In this document: piece after piece, positions 12,510 to 26,092 of the stretch | Position numbering within the stretch: the stretch's first letter is position 1 | Layout of the letters: the number at the start of each line of letters is the position of its first letter | From: Tubiluchus corallicola | Taxonomy: Eukaryota > Animalia > Priapulida | Assembly (NCBI GenBank): GCA_030141605.1 | Contig: JAQGDQ010000474.1 | Coordinates: 62,001-126,000, forward strand | Reading direction: 5' to 3' | Length of the DNA stretch: 64,000 nucleotides | Notes under the pieces: generated by a model | Seen by the model: the letters and a program-made list of their open reading frames with translations, nothing else | Told to the model about the DNA's origin: nothing | Databases searched by the model: none | Program-made: the position numbers and the translations under genes

Positions 12510-13345
12510 CATGGGCGCTGCCAGAGGTTAAAAATTGGATGCACAAGCAGCTAGGGGGTCTGAGGGAGCATTGTAAGCTCCCACAGCAGGATTTGCAGGA
12601 GGAATACATTATCCTATATTTAAGGACATTTTGGAGGCCTCAAATGAGATCTAAACGCTGGTACATAGACTTCCTCAAATGTGACATATTCTGCTTTAAT
12701 AAATATATTTTACCTACATTTACCTTGGTAATATTCATTGTACTCTACTGTAGTAGTCATATATCTTAAAAGCAAGTTCGTAATACAATGCAATGCGGAT
12801 GACCCATTACTTAAGTTTAATTTATTTAGTGTTAAGATGATCTATCCAGCAAAATGTGGACAGCCAAACACAAAACTGTTATGAGAATGTTAAGTTTACA
12901 GCCCACCCCACTGTTCATACAAAATTTAATATGTTTGCATGCGTGCTAATTTTTTGCAATTTTACTGCATTATAAACCATTTTGTGGTTGCTAGAAGTTA
13001 CTTCCTCAGACAAGTTCACCTCAAGCTCATGACTCATAATTTCATTACTGCTGTGAAAGGGGGCCCAGGCCGCTTGCCCCCCCCCCAAATGCAGTAGTGC
13101 AGTTACAGTTAGCTAAAAACTGTCTAGACAATGGAAATCGATAAGCGAATCGACACTATGTAAGTGATATACATAAACATAACTTTACTATGCAAATCAG
13201 CTGATTGCTTGGGGATTGCGCAAACAAACAATGGTTGGTGTGGTCTCTTGGTTTGCTGTTGAAAAACTTCATTTAGCCATAAAAAAATTCTTTTAGAAAT
13301 TTTGTGGGCACACGTGTAAAGTGCGTCCGCCTGCCGGTGCCCATG
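12510..13345. mobile_element. hAT-type MITE
   Basis: TIRs catgggcgctgccag / ctgccggtgcccatg; 8-bp TSD aacttaat/aacctaat. Confidence 0.75.
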
Positions 13346-13627
13346 AACCTAATGGGTTGTGAATAAAAAATCCCACAATTAAAAAAGAAGGAAAAACAAA
13401 GAAAGAACACAACATTTTTAGCTACAACAGTTCTTCTTCAGATGACTACAGAAGCGCAAAAAAGAGAAAGAATCATAAGAAATTACTAGAAGTACTAAAC
13501 TAATTACCCGGAAGTTTTTTGTTATTAGCACAAAAAGATATTACATGTAAAAGGTACAAGCAAGCAGAAAGAACCGTAGAACAGCACGTAGTTACAACAT
13601 GTATTCCGCGTACCGAACATGATCAAA

Positions 13628-14600
13628 CTTGTTTCTTGCGAAGTCTAAAACACTTAACCATAAGACAATTTTTGATGGCATCTCTTCAACGATTTACAAA
13701 ATTGCGACAGCTTTGATGTTTTAGTTTAGTGAAATCACTGCAGTATCGAGTAAACTCCAAGAGACCACAACACGACAAGAATTATTGACTCTAATATTAG
13801 TGCAAGAGTAGTGTACCAACAATTTAGAGTTGTGTCCACGTAAATCACGTAGTAGTCTAGAATAGAGTTTGTTACTAGGTAAAGTAAAATTACCACTGAT
13901 GATTATATAATGGTTAAAAAGATCTACAGCATCATAGCATTGTTCAAGAGAATATATAAAGTGATTGAACATCAAAGGCCATACTAATTGTACATGTCAA
14001 TTGAGTTCCTTCTATAAGACTTTTTAGGATAACATACTGAGTTGACCAAAGCAACACACGCGTACTCGAGTAGTGGTCTAACCCCAGCTTTGTACAGAAG
14101 TAAAGCTATACACGAGTTTTGACTCTAGGAGCTGATTTCAATCAATTATAATGAAGGTATAATAACTTTTGCACTACCTGTTGATGACGAAATACAGAAT
14201 TTTCATGCCAGTACATCTGTTCACCTGAGGAATAACAGTTTTCAATACGCGAGTTCCTTTTCAGGTTAGTCGAATCCCTAATCACGAACAACTGTTTTTT
14301 TCAATAATGCCATCTCTCAGAAAATGAAGTATTGTAGAAGTAGAGCAAACACGAAGCTGCGCTGCATTTAAGAGGTTCCAGGAACATCAACCAGTTGTTA
14401 CGCCATCGGCTCAAGCTTAACGGACGAGAACTAATTTTAGTGGTTAGTTTATAGGACAAGAAAACGTTCTTCATAAATAGAGCTTAAAAAATTAGTCTAA
14501 AATTTTCTATCACCTACATATTGCCTTATTGTGTACAGAGCTTGCATTACCAGCAACGCTGCATGAAACATGAAAATTAAAACTTTCTCAGTGACTGTTA
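13628..14600 (-). mobile_element. Degenerate CR1-type LINE 3' fragment
   Basis: Minus-strand LRDLRGHNSKL...R.N.R...RVV..W motif; same family and 3' tail as 35540-36153. 5' boundary approximate. Confidence 0.7.
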
Positions 14601-15009
14601 GGCACAGCCATTTTGATGGTAGGTTGTCTGAGTTTTGATATCATCGTGTAAAGTATGAAAAAGAACAATCAGAGCATTCAAAACAGTTCACTAACTAAGC
14701 AAAAGTATAAATCACATGATTTTAATCTTAATTTTATGTTAGTGAGATTAAGATTTTTGGTGAGTCAATGGTGCACACTGGGAAGGTGAGTCAGTGGCAT
14801 TTTACCATTTTATATTACTAAGAATTTCCTTTTCTAATTACACAAGTCTTTCAATCAGGTTAAGCGTAATGCAAAGTAGTATAACTTTGTATAGACAGTT
14901 TCTTGGAACGTATTTTAAAATTGCTTTTTCCTTCCCTTTGAAAATGCACGTTACCATATCTAGCTATCCTACTTAGGTATAAAACATGATAACAGCTGAT
15001 AATATCACA

Positions 15010-15263
15010 CAATTGTGCTATGAGTTATAGGCAGTTTTTTTTTACAATTTTTTGTTATATTTTTCTAAGTTGTGTAGCAGTAAAATGAACCTAACGTGCT
15101 AAGTGGTTTATAGATGTACTTAATATGAAAAGATGGCAAATGATTTCAACTTAAGAACATCTACAAACCATTTAGCACGTCAGGTTCATTTTACTGCTAC
15201 ACAACTTAGAAAATATAACAAAAAATTGTAAAAAAAACTGCCTATAACTCATAGCATGAATTG
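15010..15263. repeat. Near-perfect long palindrome (foldback MITE-like)
   Basis: ~115-bp arms (tgctatgagttataggcag...agatgtacttaa / ttaagaacatct...ctgcctataactcatagca) around a ~25-bp loop. Confidence 0.88.
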
Positions 15264-17215
15264 AGACAATCGCTATCCGTTTGTTGCAAGGCAAATTGCA
15301 AGACATGCAACAAAATAGAACAATTTAGAACAATGCAAAACAACAACGAATCTTAAAAACAGTAAGTAAAAGTAGATTCATTGGACTGCAACATGTGTGC
15401 AACTATTTTACTGTGGTTCTTAACTTTAGCGACACAAATAAATCATTAGAGTGTCAGCAGTAAGTCAGCAGCCATAAATTACTGAAGCATAGAAAGCATG
15501 AAAATTATATCTTCTGAGTAACTATATTCCAAAATAAACATTCATCACCTCACAATCAAACAGAATTTTTCACTTTTTTGCACACATTACTATTTTGATA
15601 ATTGATTTAAAATTATATTGAAGTCGAAATCGAATTAGGATTCAGAATTTTCAAATTCAAATTCTATGCGATTAGAGTTCAATTTGATTTGAATTCCGAT
15701 TTCCGGCACTGTTTGCTCATCTCTAATACTTGCGTGGTAATATTATTATCTATGATGTAATATCCTGTATGCTTCAAGAACAAGATAAGGCACGGGTACA
15801 GCAAGTCTCAGAAAATCGCCTTAAAAAACTATAACAGTTAGGGCGGGCAATGTTAAGTGTATATCACGCTCACATTAAAAGAACTTCCTGTCTGTTTTCG
15901 TGTAAAATATTCCTGCGATACTGACAGAGCCACACCATATTGTATGGCACACAATGTTAATCTCTATAGTGCATGCACACCCAACGATTCTGATTATACG
16001 GATAAGCCATCAATCAGAACTTCTCACTACACTGTTTTGTGTAATGTGTGTGGAAATAGTCTGTGTGGAAAAATACTGTCACACAGACGTTCTTTTTCTT
16101 TTACTTAATTAGTCGACATTCGAAAATAGTTTGTGTTGTGCCACATAGGTCTCAAACACATGAAAACAAATGATGGTGCAACCTGGCAACCAACTCTGTT
16201 CATGCAGGCAATGCTTAGCAGGATGAACACAGCATGAGTTTGCCAGGAAGGAATGATGAGCACTGGCCAGGCACTGGACGTGGACAGCAGATGGAATACA
16301 ATGTAACTGTATCCGGTGCTGTAGGAAATCGTAGTAAAATACAAAATAGAGTTCAATGGCAAGCCGACTATGAAAGAACTTCTAGTTACGAATCTGAGTC
16401 CGCTGCGGAAGATTTTGATTGAAAGCCAAAACATTATTCCTGTTATTTGAATTTCATTGAAAATAAACTTCATATTGGAGTGGAAAAAATTCAATGGAAT
16501 TAGTCTGAATAAAAAATTGTCTAACATAGACCATTTTTGACAGTGCAAGTTGAAAAGTTGGTTTCAAAATTAGTTTCACCTACAACAATTACACTAAATA
16601 CTGTAGTGGACGTATACTATGTCCCTAAACTTTCACAGCAATTTTATTGCTTTGCTGATATTTGATGGTTGGCTGAGTGATCTAGTGTTGAAAACTAAGC
16701 ATTCATCTGATGTTGATGAGGAGGTAGTGATGGCACCCAGTCTGTTACTGTTACTGAACTCCAAGGTTTCCAATGCGAACCCAAAAGTGAAGTCTCTGAA
16801 ACTGCAAGTAGTCGTGAACAAGACTTTAATAGCAGGGTATGTTTTCTGGCACTTATGCTTTCACTTTTCATTTTAGTTTATTATTAGTCAGACAGGACAT
16901 ATGAAATTGCTAAAGCAGACCAGGTTTAAGTGCTCGTTGCCACTATGCCACTAGGCCCTGAAGAGGTTTGCCTCTGTTTACTGTCTTAAAGAATCCTCTG
17001 TTTAATTTTACAATGATGTCGCGATTACTAATAATAGAGTGTGAAATTGAGTTTTATTTTCCCATATTTCATAAGCAATTGCCTCTGAGAAATGAACTAA
17101 ACCACAGTGTTTCTGTATCTGTCTTTTTAGTTGTCTGCTTGTCTCAGTTAAGTCAATAACTATCCATTAGTTTTATGCCCCCATCCCTGAGCTGCGATAA
17201 AGTGTTCACACATTA

Positions 17216-17557
17216 CAGTCGACCCTCGTTAAACCGGACCCCCTTAGCCCGGATATCGGATAAGACGGACGTCATCCGTGGTAAAGGAAACTGACCGATT
17301 TCTGTCGGAGCCCGAGTGCTAAATTCAACACGGCCTACCAACTGTACAATAATTTCTTTATCCTCACAGGTTAACTATTTTAAAGTAATATTCAGTATAG
17401 TATATAGTGCACAGTATATAGTGCAATGTATATAGACCTTATTAATGTGATTATTCCTGTATAATATAGACCATGTATAGGCATATCGGATAAATCGGAC
17501 AATCGGCTAAATCGGACCACCCCCACCCCCATAGTCCGGTTTAACGAGGGTTGACTG
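17216..17557. mobile_element. pogo/Tigger-type MITE (family 2, copy 1)
   Basis: TIRs cagtcgaccctcgttaaaccggac / gtccggtttaacgagggttgactg, TA flanks; inverted copy at 24855-25195. Confidence 0.9.
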
Positions 17558-17949
17558 TACTTTACATTGTCAAACACCCAAATTTTGGATCATTTTGTCA
17601 GCCAGCATCATTGCCAACAGCTTTGAATAATGCAACATTACCAAAAACTTCCAATCAATTAAGACACATGAAGTCACCTTGAGTAATTTTTATAAAAAAT
17701 ATTTTTTTAAATAGTACACTGATGCACAACTGATAATAACAAGGCCTAAGAAAGTTGCCCAATCAAACGCAAATAAAATTAAGACAGCTTAATAATGTTG
17801 TTGAGGGACTGTATCATCTAGGCTGCTGCCCTACGAGGTTAACAACTTTGTGCATAGATTTGTATACAAGTTATTAGACATTATCAATGACATATTTTGT
17901 ATTATTCACATTAGGTTGAGAAACACTTAAGTAAAATAGATAACAAAGC

Positions 17950-18334
17950 CAGGGCCTATTTCAAGGGAGGGAAGTGGGGATACTTCCCCGGGGCTTCACC
18001 CTCCAGGGGGGCCTCGCGCCAAGGCAACATTTTTTTGCTTTATGCGAACATACTGCCTCCTCTCTCTTGCTGCAAGCGCACCGTTTGCCAGTATTGACAA
18101 GTATTAAGGACTAGTCTTGAGAATAAAGCAGTTTTTCTTTCAATTGTTCTTTCGTTTGACAACTGTATAACTCCATATTTTCTCTTCGAAAATGCTTCTC
18201 CGGCGTTCAAGCAGTTCAACAATTTTCTGGGCGCCAACCATGGTAGTGCCCGCCCGCGCCACTTTGCCCCCCCCCCAAATGGGGCCTCACATGCTCCACT
18301 TCCCTGAGCCTCGCCTAGGCTGAAATAGGCCCTG
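17950..18334. mobile_element. hAT-type MITE (copy 1; copy 2 at 54112)
   Basis: TIRs cagggcctatttca / tgaaataggccctg; shares internal sequence with 54112-54867. No TSD visible at this copy. Confidence 0.75.
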
Positions 18335-18764
18335 GTGCCAACAAGCCACGGGGGAGGGGGGCATGGCAATGTCTAGAGTTTGCTGGATTATCTGTCTTAA
18401 GAGCAGATTTCTATGTTAGATTTCTGCCTGCCCAATGTCTATTACAGACGTAACAGAGCGCATGATAAACGACATGTCCTAGTTGTACCACACAAATAAA
18501 TGTGAAAATATAAGCAATGCGCAAAAATGTCCATGATTCAATTTCTTACATTTAAATGTAGTGTCTCAATTGGAGCAGCAGATGTTGGTAATGGTATCAG
18601 AGCAAAAAGGGGCAATTCGGGTAGGCCCAAGCTTGCTCTTGTAGCAGTAGCTTCTGCAGTTTCTCTTCTTTCCAATGGGGTATGAAATACCTGCCAAAAA
18701 CAAAAACTATACTATACAACTGCATAAATGCACATTTAGTGTAAATCTGCATGCAATTTCAGTG

Positions 18765-19372
18765 CATCATACGCGCATGAGAATCGGATTTTCTCAGCTA
18801 AACTATGACCTTTTCTCTAAAGGCTGTAAAGATAATAACGGTCATCCAATATTGCCGAATTGTAACTGTGGATTTCGATTTGAGTCTGTTGAACACTTTT
18901 TGTTGCACTGCCCATTGCATCAACTAGCTAGGGTAGTTATGTTTGATAAATTAAATGCAATACTTCTGCCTGAAAACCTTAATATAGCTGTCTTAGGAAC
19001 TAATGATCTGTTGAAGTTGTTATTATTCGGAAAAGATGAATTTAACTATGTTACTAATTGTAAAATATTCCAATGTATACATGACTTTATATTACGTACT
19101 AAACGCTTCCAGTAGTTTCTATCTGATATAAAATGCATCATTCTTAAATAATCGTACATTAATATTTACTAACTGTCATTTTCTACTAATGACTAATGTA
19201 TCACTGTAGTAAAACTTTAGTACACTAATGTATACTAAAACTAAGTATAGTCTATTCTCACTGTAAATGTTCTTGTAAATAGTGTATAAAGTCTGTTGTG
19301 GTGAGGATCCTGAATCATGTTCTACAAACTGTCTGATCCAATCCTAAATAAATTATGTTTAAACTAACTAAT
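18765..19372 (+). mobile_element. 5'-truncated CR1-group LINE 3' end with C-terminal zinc knuckle
   Basis: HTRMRIG.S.LN...C.CG...E...HFLLHCP...LLFG...IF..I.DFI..TKRF*, followed by a 3' UTR with aaataaa and a short-repeat tail. Confidence 0.7.
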
Positions 19373-19696
19373 CTGCATGCACGTATTACTTCTGATACGT
19401 AAATAAAACTGGACTGGTGCAATACATTAATTGTGAATGGCACATTGAAATGAACGACACTGGTTAACTAGAAATTCTGCAAATGCTATTCTGTAAACAG
19501 CAATTTTTGACAAACTACTGATAGACCTGATTAAAATAAACAGCTTCACAATAAATGTCCAACAAAACAGTGAAAGTACAATTTTATTAACAGTATGTAT
19601 CATGTCAGCAGCAAAGCATTCACACAGTTGGGACATTTCATATTAAGCTAATTTTTATTATAAGTGCAACACTAATAGTGATAAAAATATTATATA

Positions 19697-20365
19697 TGTG
19701 ATTGCAAACCAAAACCGTCCATAAATCAGCATAGTTTAGATCATGTTATGATGCTTCAAAGTAGAGTGCACTAAAAATTTTGACAAATATTTTTGTATAA
19801 AAACAAATGTTTGGACTGTTATATTCTAGCATCAAATTATCAAGATGTTTACATAATACAAAAAATCTAATTTTATAACCGCGTACAGACTTTTCTGGAT
19901 AGAAACTAGTGCTTCAGAAATTGTAGAAGACTTCAAACACTGATAGTAGCTCGAGGAAGCAGTAATTTTGCTTCGGGGTTTTTTTGTTGCCAAGCCCAGA
20001 TCTTCATCAAGAAGAGCCATCTACTGGATTTAATCATAACTTCAGTGTGTTCTTGCAAAGTCTGTAGCAACCAACAATTGTGCGGTTGCTAAGTGTTTTT
20101 TGCTTAATAGAAACTCGACAAAAAACAATGGCTAACTTTAACAGTGATTTTCTCAAGATTATGTTTTCCAGTGTGCAGCCTGCACCTCAACTTCAATGTG
20201 GATCATCTCAGCTTAGAAATAACATAGAGCGATGAGCTTGGTATCAAAATGATCCTCATGAAATGGAGATTCAGGATTTGTGAATAGCAAGAAAAGCTTA
20301 ATTGCCGACTTGTTAACGACTGTGCTATGCAAGCACATATTGAAAGCATAATTTAAAAATGCAAC
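19697..20365 (-). mobile_element. Dispersed non-coding repeat, family X copy A
   Basis: Reverse complement of 23260-24004 and 51066-52780 (shared gagcttggtatcaaaatgatcctcatgaaatggagattcagg and terminus ttgcaaaccaaaaccgtcc). Class not determined. Confidence 0.75.
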
Positions 20366-21478
20366 TTAAGCAGCCTTGTATGTTGTAAAGCCAAATAGGT
20401 TCTGCAGCACAAACTGAAAATGCAACCACAAAATATTTAATGGCAACACTAACTTTGCCAATAAATGTTAATATATAAATGTAACATACTTGCACAGTGG
20501 AAGATGTGAAAGGTGGTCTGACAGAAGTCGCATCCACAGACGCTGCACTTTGTGTTTTGTTGGTGAACGGCTGAAAAATACGAGGAATTTTTGAAAAAAA
20601 AAATCTTTTAAAAATAGCAAAAGCCAATGGAATATCTTGTAAGTAGTGTGATGGTATAAAAACGTTCAAATAAATTGATTTAGTTATATATTATATATAT
20701 ATATATATGCACTGTAACGGTAAGAATTTTTAACTAACATAAGTTGGTAAAGTATGTACATTAGTTATGAATAGATGAGTGCTTACCCATTTTACTTTTG
20801 TCTCTTCTTCATTCTGCGAGCTTTCAAGCAGTTTGGCTACCAACTAAAAAACGAAAACGGCAAACAGAAAAAGCTAAATGTAAACGGCGGTGGGGCGTAG
20901 GGGGGTAGGGGTATTTTAAAATTATACGTAACTGGTATTGTACATACGTAACTGTTTGTGTTAACAAGTGGCTTACTACAGCTGCATTTAGACAAAAAGA
21001 ACATTACAAGCTGAATTTAACCAATTATGATGGTTTAATCATAAGTAAACTGTCACTGTCTTAATAAAAAGTTTCTCTACTAATCTTGTGCTCTAAAATG
21101 CAGTGTGTAGTAACAAAATTTTATTCTCACCTCTTTTCTTTCTCTTTCTGCAATTCGTTTCTCTGTATGTGTACGTCGTTTAGTGTGTTCCACAACTCCA
21201 TGCTTAAAAATTGTTGGAACTGCACCGTTCTTCAGTGTTTTTCGCTTGGGCTGCGGAAGCCCCAGAATCTCATTGTATTTATTTTGATGGTAGCTGTCAG
21301 CCGTGAAATGTTCTGAACAGATAAGGCTTGATATCTTTGGTACAAAATCTTTCCTTGCCACATTATTTAGCCACTTCTTTAACAATTCCGGTTTTTTTAA
21401 AGGAAACTGGTGAAATGTCAATCCTCTAATAGGTGTTCTCTGCGTGTTTTTACACAGCGGGACACTACAGACGGGCAT
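20366..21478 (-). CDS. THAP-domain minigene (THAP-B), 4-exon model, ~177 aa
   Basis: Exon 21478-21131 is a complete THAP (CSVPLC...FP...W...ICSEHF...AVPTIF) ending GAG|gtgaga. Exons 20843-20787 (LVAKLL...), 20570-20490 and 20413-20366 all have canonical AG/GT sites in phase 0. The last exon is the least certain. Confidence 0.6.
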
Positions 21479-22194
21479 CGTAGCAATTTCTGTATGTATT
21501 CAATGACCACAAGTTCACTAACATTAGCAATAATAGTAAAAAAGTCTCATTTGCTGCACTATTTTACAGCTTACAGTGTAGTGCACTTTGCGCAAAACAA
21601 AGACTTCCTTTCCAAGCGTTTCTTCCTTAGTGGCACGCAGAAACGTTAAAAATCAGTTTAACTTGCATTGGAAGTATCCAAAATGTCTGGAAAATATTCT
21701 TAATTTACCACTGTTTGTAGATACCTTGGTGATTGTGGGTGTATGATGTCATAGTCACATGCTGTTTATTCACTGGCTAGCTAAAAAACATGTCTGCACC
21801 ACCATTTACTGCAACAGTTCAAATATTTTACAAAAACTGGCGTGAAAGTGAAAGCATAAGTACTTTAGTCGAATAAGACATACTTAGGTAATATAGTTTT
21901 CAATGCGAGTTTTCTGAAGCTTGCTCTGAATAGAGGGATCACGAAATGCCAATCAGCCTGTGGCAGCCTACCTTACAATAGTCAATTAGGCGCTTTAACT
22001 GCCGCCTCGTGCAAATTAACTGAATCACTGACAGATTTTACCCCATTTTTTCTTCCCACCCCTCATGGTATTTTCCAGCCATGAACTGAGAATTGCACGT
22101 TCTCAAATCCCCTAAACAGTATTACTGACTACTGGTATGATGCAATCGCAGCAGCGTACTACGGAAGGGTACCAGGGATGCAGAAGATGTTCAC

Positions 22195-22470
22195 TGATGT
22201 TCCTTATGGAAAGTCGCCAAATATTTCTTGAAAAAACGAGATCATTAAAGTTTGCTGTCAAAGCAACTCTTCGCATTTAAGCCCAAAAGAAAACTTGTGG
22301 TTGATTGCCAAGTTGCACCTGCAAGAGACCAGTCAGAAGCTGATAGATGCCATCATTAAGATGTGGTACCATAATGCTTGGATTTCTGAAAACTGTCAAG
22401 ATTTGGTGGATTCCATGCCAAAACGAATAGAGAGACTAATAAAAAATCACGAGGCCATATTATATACCGA
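22195..22470 (+). mobile_element. Tc1-like transposase C-terminal relic
   Basis: SNSSHLSPKENLW...LIDAIIKMW...CQDLVDSMPKRIERLIKN resembles the Tc1 NSPDLNPIENLW...LV.SMP.R motif. Confidence 0.65.
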
Positions 22471-23259
22471 AAACAATGAGAGTGATAATAACGAGTGTTT
22501 TGAATTATAAGAGACTGCAAAAGAATTCACAGCTTAGATTATTTTTACTTAGACAAAAAGGACAGGCAAATGTTGCAAATGGATGAAACATGTGGAATAC
22601 ATCACAAAAGCCAAGCCCTTTAAAAAATTGTAAAAACCATGCTGTCTTTTCTAGGGTAGTTAGCTTTCCATTTTTTCAAATTTGAAATTTGGCAATGATA
22701 TTTTGTATCTGAAAAATATTATAGCAATTTCAGTACCATACGTACACAGTAAGAAGTTGCCAGATACTATTGGACAGAACAAAATGGTATTTATTAAGGC
22801 TGATAGTTAGTAGGCTTCTTAATTATTACGTTCACAAAGTTTAGCTTGGCCAACTTAGGTTGTTTAAAATCGAATGTTTGTGTTTACGTGGGTCTTTTAA
22901 ATTGGTCACGAAGTCATTTTACATGAACTTTTCTCCTCAACAATAGCTGAAATATCATTCTCAGTAGCTAAGATTCAAATATGTTTTACCACTAAGCAAG
23001 ATTTTCGTTGACTAATTCAGATTGTACAATAAAACTTTCATTTTCATACTGAGATTTGATTCCCAGACATCGGGAAGCAATTTTACATCATATTTAAGTA
23101 AAGATATCTACATTTTATTTTTGCAACAAGTTTGTGCGGTTGTATACTTTTTTCATTGAAGACCAGCATTCCGGTTGTCGGGTAATTGTTTCAGCAGTGT
23201 GCCTTTACAGGAAATATAACAATATTTGTGTACTTGCATAGCAAAATTGTCCATAAGTC

Positions 23260-24004
23260 AGTAGATCACCCCTCTGACCCCCTGATTTACCCGTTAAGCT
23301 TACAGCTACAACTTGAGGTTTCTTTTTTAACCCCCCAGATCTATGCAAACAATAAAAAGCACCATTCTTGCAGTTGCACCCAAGTCAAGGTACTAGAGAA
23401 AATTGTGCATGCAGTTTTTTGTAATTACAAATGTGCGTATCCCTAATGAGTACTTTCATAGCAAAATCATCAATAAGTCCGCAATTAAGCTTTTCTAGTT
23501 ATTCACATATCCTGAATCTCCATTCCATGAGGATCCTTTTGATACCAAGTTCATCACTCTGTGTTATTTCTAAGCTGAGATAATCTACATTGAAGTTGTG
23601 GTGCACGCTGCTTACTCAAAAGCTTAACCTTGAGAAAATCACTGTTAAAGTTAGCCATTGTTTTTTGTTGCATTTCTACAAATCACTTAGCAACCACAGA
23701 AATGTTGGTTGCTATGGACCTTGCAAGTTGGAATATTGAAGTGCACGCTGCTCACCGAAAAATTAACCTTCAAAAAATCCCTGTTAAAGTTAGCCATTGT
23801 TTTTTGACTAGTATCTAGCCAGAAAAGTGGATACATGGTTACAAAATTAGATTTTTAGAATTTTTTTAACATTTTCCTGATCATTTGATGCTAGATTATA
23901 AAAGTCCAATATATTTAACGTTGAAGGATGCACTCTATTTTGAAGCATGACAACGTAGCTTTAACTATGTCGACTTACTGACGGTTTTGGTTTGCAAGCA
24001 CACA
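23260..24004 (+). mobile_element. Dispersed repeat family X copy B
   Basis: Colinear with 51066-52780 but lacks its LTR insert and its 26-bp array. Confidence 0.75.
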
Positions 24005-24009
24005 TTTAA

Positions 24010-25255
24010 TCTTTCACATAAAACCTTGATATCCTTGATCGAAGTAATTGACTCTTGTTTCTTGTAGTAACATAAGTGTAGCTGTGATATATTTTCTTGA
24101 CTAAGTGACAAATCATTGCAAAACATCCGCTCATTTTTCGTGTTTTGTCCGTATGCTTGTAGCTATTTTGCGCAGCAGCGCTGTCCAGCAAGAGTTTGTG
24201 AGGCGAGACTTGACTGCTACAATATTTTGACTTTCTCTCCATGTCTAAATTTTACCTTTTTGGTGACAAACATACTGCATTTTCGCTTTATGTACTGGTT
24301 ACAAAATTTTAAGTTTGTATAAGCAAAAGGAAACAACAAGCACTTCTCAAACATCATATAACCTTGTATGGAAGGTATATTGGGAAACACTTTAATACCG
24401 CCATTTCTGACTCTTTAAATTTTTCAATGCGAACATCAAATAAAACTGTTTATTCACATACGAAACTGATGCTACTCTACTTACTAGCATCACTTGAGCA
24501 TTTCTTTCACTTTTTGGAGAAGCAAGAAGACTTTTGACCAGCTGAAATTACAAAATACTTAGGTCAATCGTTCATCGTCCAGCATTTGCTATTTATTTCA
24601 TGAAAGTGTGAAAGAATGCACATGGTTCTTGAAACAAACGTGGTATTAAATTAAACAATGAAGAAAGTGTGTGACAAGTTCCGACATGACAACTTTGAAG
24701 CATTAGGAGTTTGTCACACAAATTTAAAATTTCGCGTGCAACTTCATCAAATTTCAAAATTTCAGTTCTTGCGCCTTTGCCAAAAACATGCACAAGTTTG
24801 CAAATCAGCTGGCTTATTTTGCCACCAGTAGCAACCATGAAAGAATTAGTAGTACAGTCAACCCTCGTTAAACCGGACTAATTGGGTGGGGGTCCGGTTT
24901 AGCCGATTGTCCGATTTATCCGATATGCCTATATATATGGTCTATATTATACAGGAATAATCACCTTAATAAAGCCTATATACATTGCACTGTATAGAGT
25001 GCACTATATACTACACTGTATATTACTTTAAAATAGTTAACCTGTGAGGATAAAGAAATTATTGTACAGTTGGTAGGCCGTTTTGTGCTTAGCGCTCCGG
25101 CTCGGACGGAAATCAGTCAGTTTCCTTTACCATGGATGACATCCGTCTTATCCGATATATAGTCTAATGGGGTCCGGTTTAACGAGGGTCAACTGTACTA
25201 CTTTCAGTAATGTAGCAGTGTTCATGAGTCTCACAATGTCCGTTATGTTAAAGGG
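24010..25255 (-). mobile_element. Possible piggyBac-like relic
   Basis: Right end tatgttaaaggg|ttaa; degenerate left end ttaa|tctttcacata; decayed coding-like interior. Confidence 0.35.
24855..25195. mobile_element. pogo/Tigger-type MITE (family 2, copy 2)
   Basis: TIRs cagtcaaccctcgttaaaccggac / gtccggtttaacgagggtcaactg, TA flanks; inverted copy of 17216-17557. Confidence 0.9.
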
Positions 25256-25724
25256 TTAAAGGACATTACAGTTATGAAAATTAACCATGAGGTCCACAGG
25301 GTCTATGGTCTAGATAGCTAGTAGTGAAGATAACAACGCTCACAAAAGACTTCTTGTCTTATAAGGTCATTTAAGTTCTCATAAATCATTGTCATGAATA
25401 AATGATTCAGAGAAACTAACATTACTATTACACAGCATTAAGTGTTTAAACAACTCTGCATTCACTAAATAAACAGTACGCTAAGGCACTTCTTAAAACT
25501 TGAAAAATAAATCAGTTTTTTGTCTATTAGATGTACATTCTTGTGGTAACTTTTGCTGAAAAGCATTTTTATAAGGTGCAAACTCACTTTCTATAATGTA
25601 CAATAATGAACATGCTTCTTATATTACAGGCAAACACAGTCAGCAAAATGGACATACTGATTTCACTCAGAAACAATTTGTGAGGTATTTTCAATGAGTT
25701 GCTTAGTAGTTCATAAATTTGTCA

Positions 25725-25991
25725 TGGTTTTTGGTTTTTGATTTTGGTTTTTTTTGCTGTTGTTGTATTTTTGTTTTTGTATTTCTGCACGTTTATGTAT
25801 TTTTTAATATAGTTGTGTCTACTGTCACTAGCGTCCTTTTGTTTGCTGTCCTTTGAGAAGGGTGGTTGACTCGATAACCTTTGGTTTTTTGCCACCCTTT
25901 CTCCTATGTTCGTTTGTATTTTTGTGTATTTTATTGTCAAATCATTGTATATTTATGGAGGAAAATAAAATTACTATTACTATTACTATTA
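25725..25991 (+). mobile_element. Short retroposon 3' end with (TAT TAC)n tail
   Basis: aaataaaa followed by ttactattactattactatta; hairpin-like core agggtggttgac...gccacccttt also seen inverted at ~44730-44771. Confidence 0.5.
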
Positions 25992-26092
25992 CAAAAACAA
26001 TTAAAGCTTTTTCACATGTATGAAATTGTTTCTTAAGCGTGCGAATTTAGTAAGTGATATTTTCAAAATTGGTTTCAAATTATCCTCCTCAC

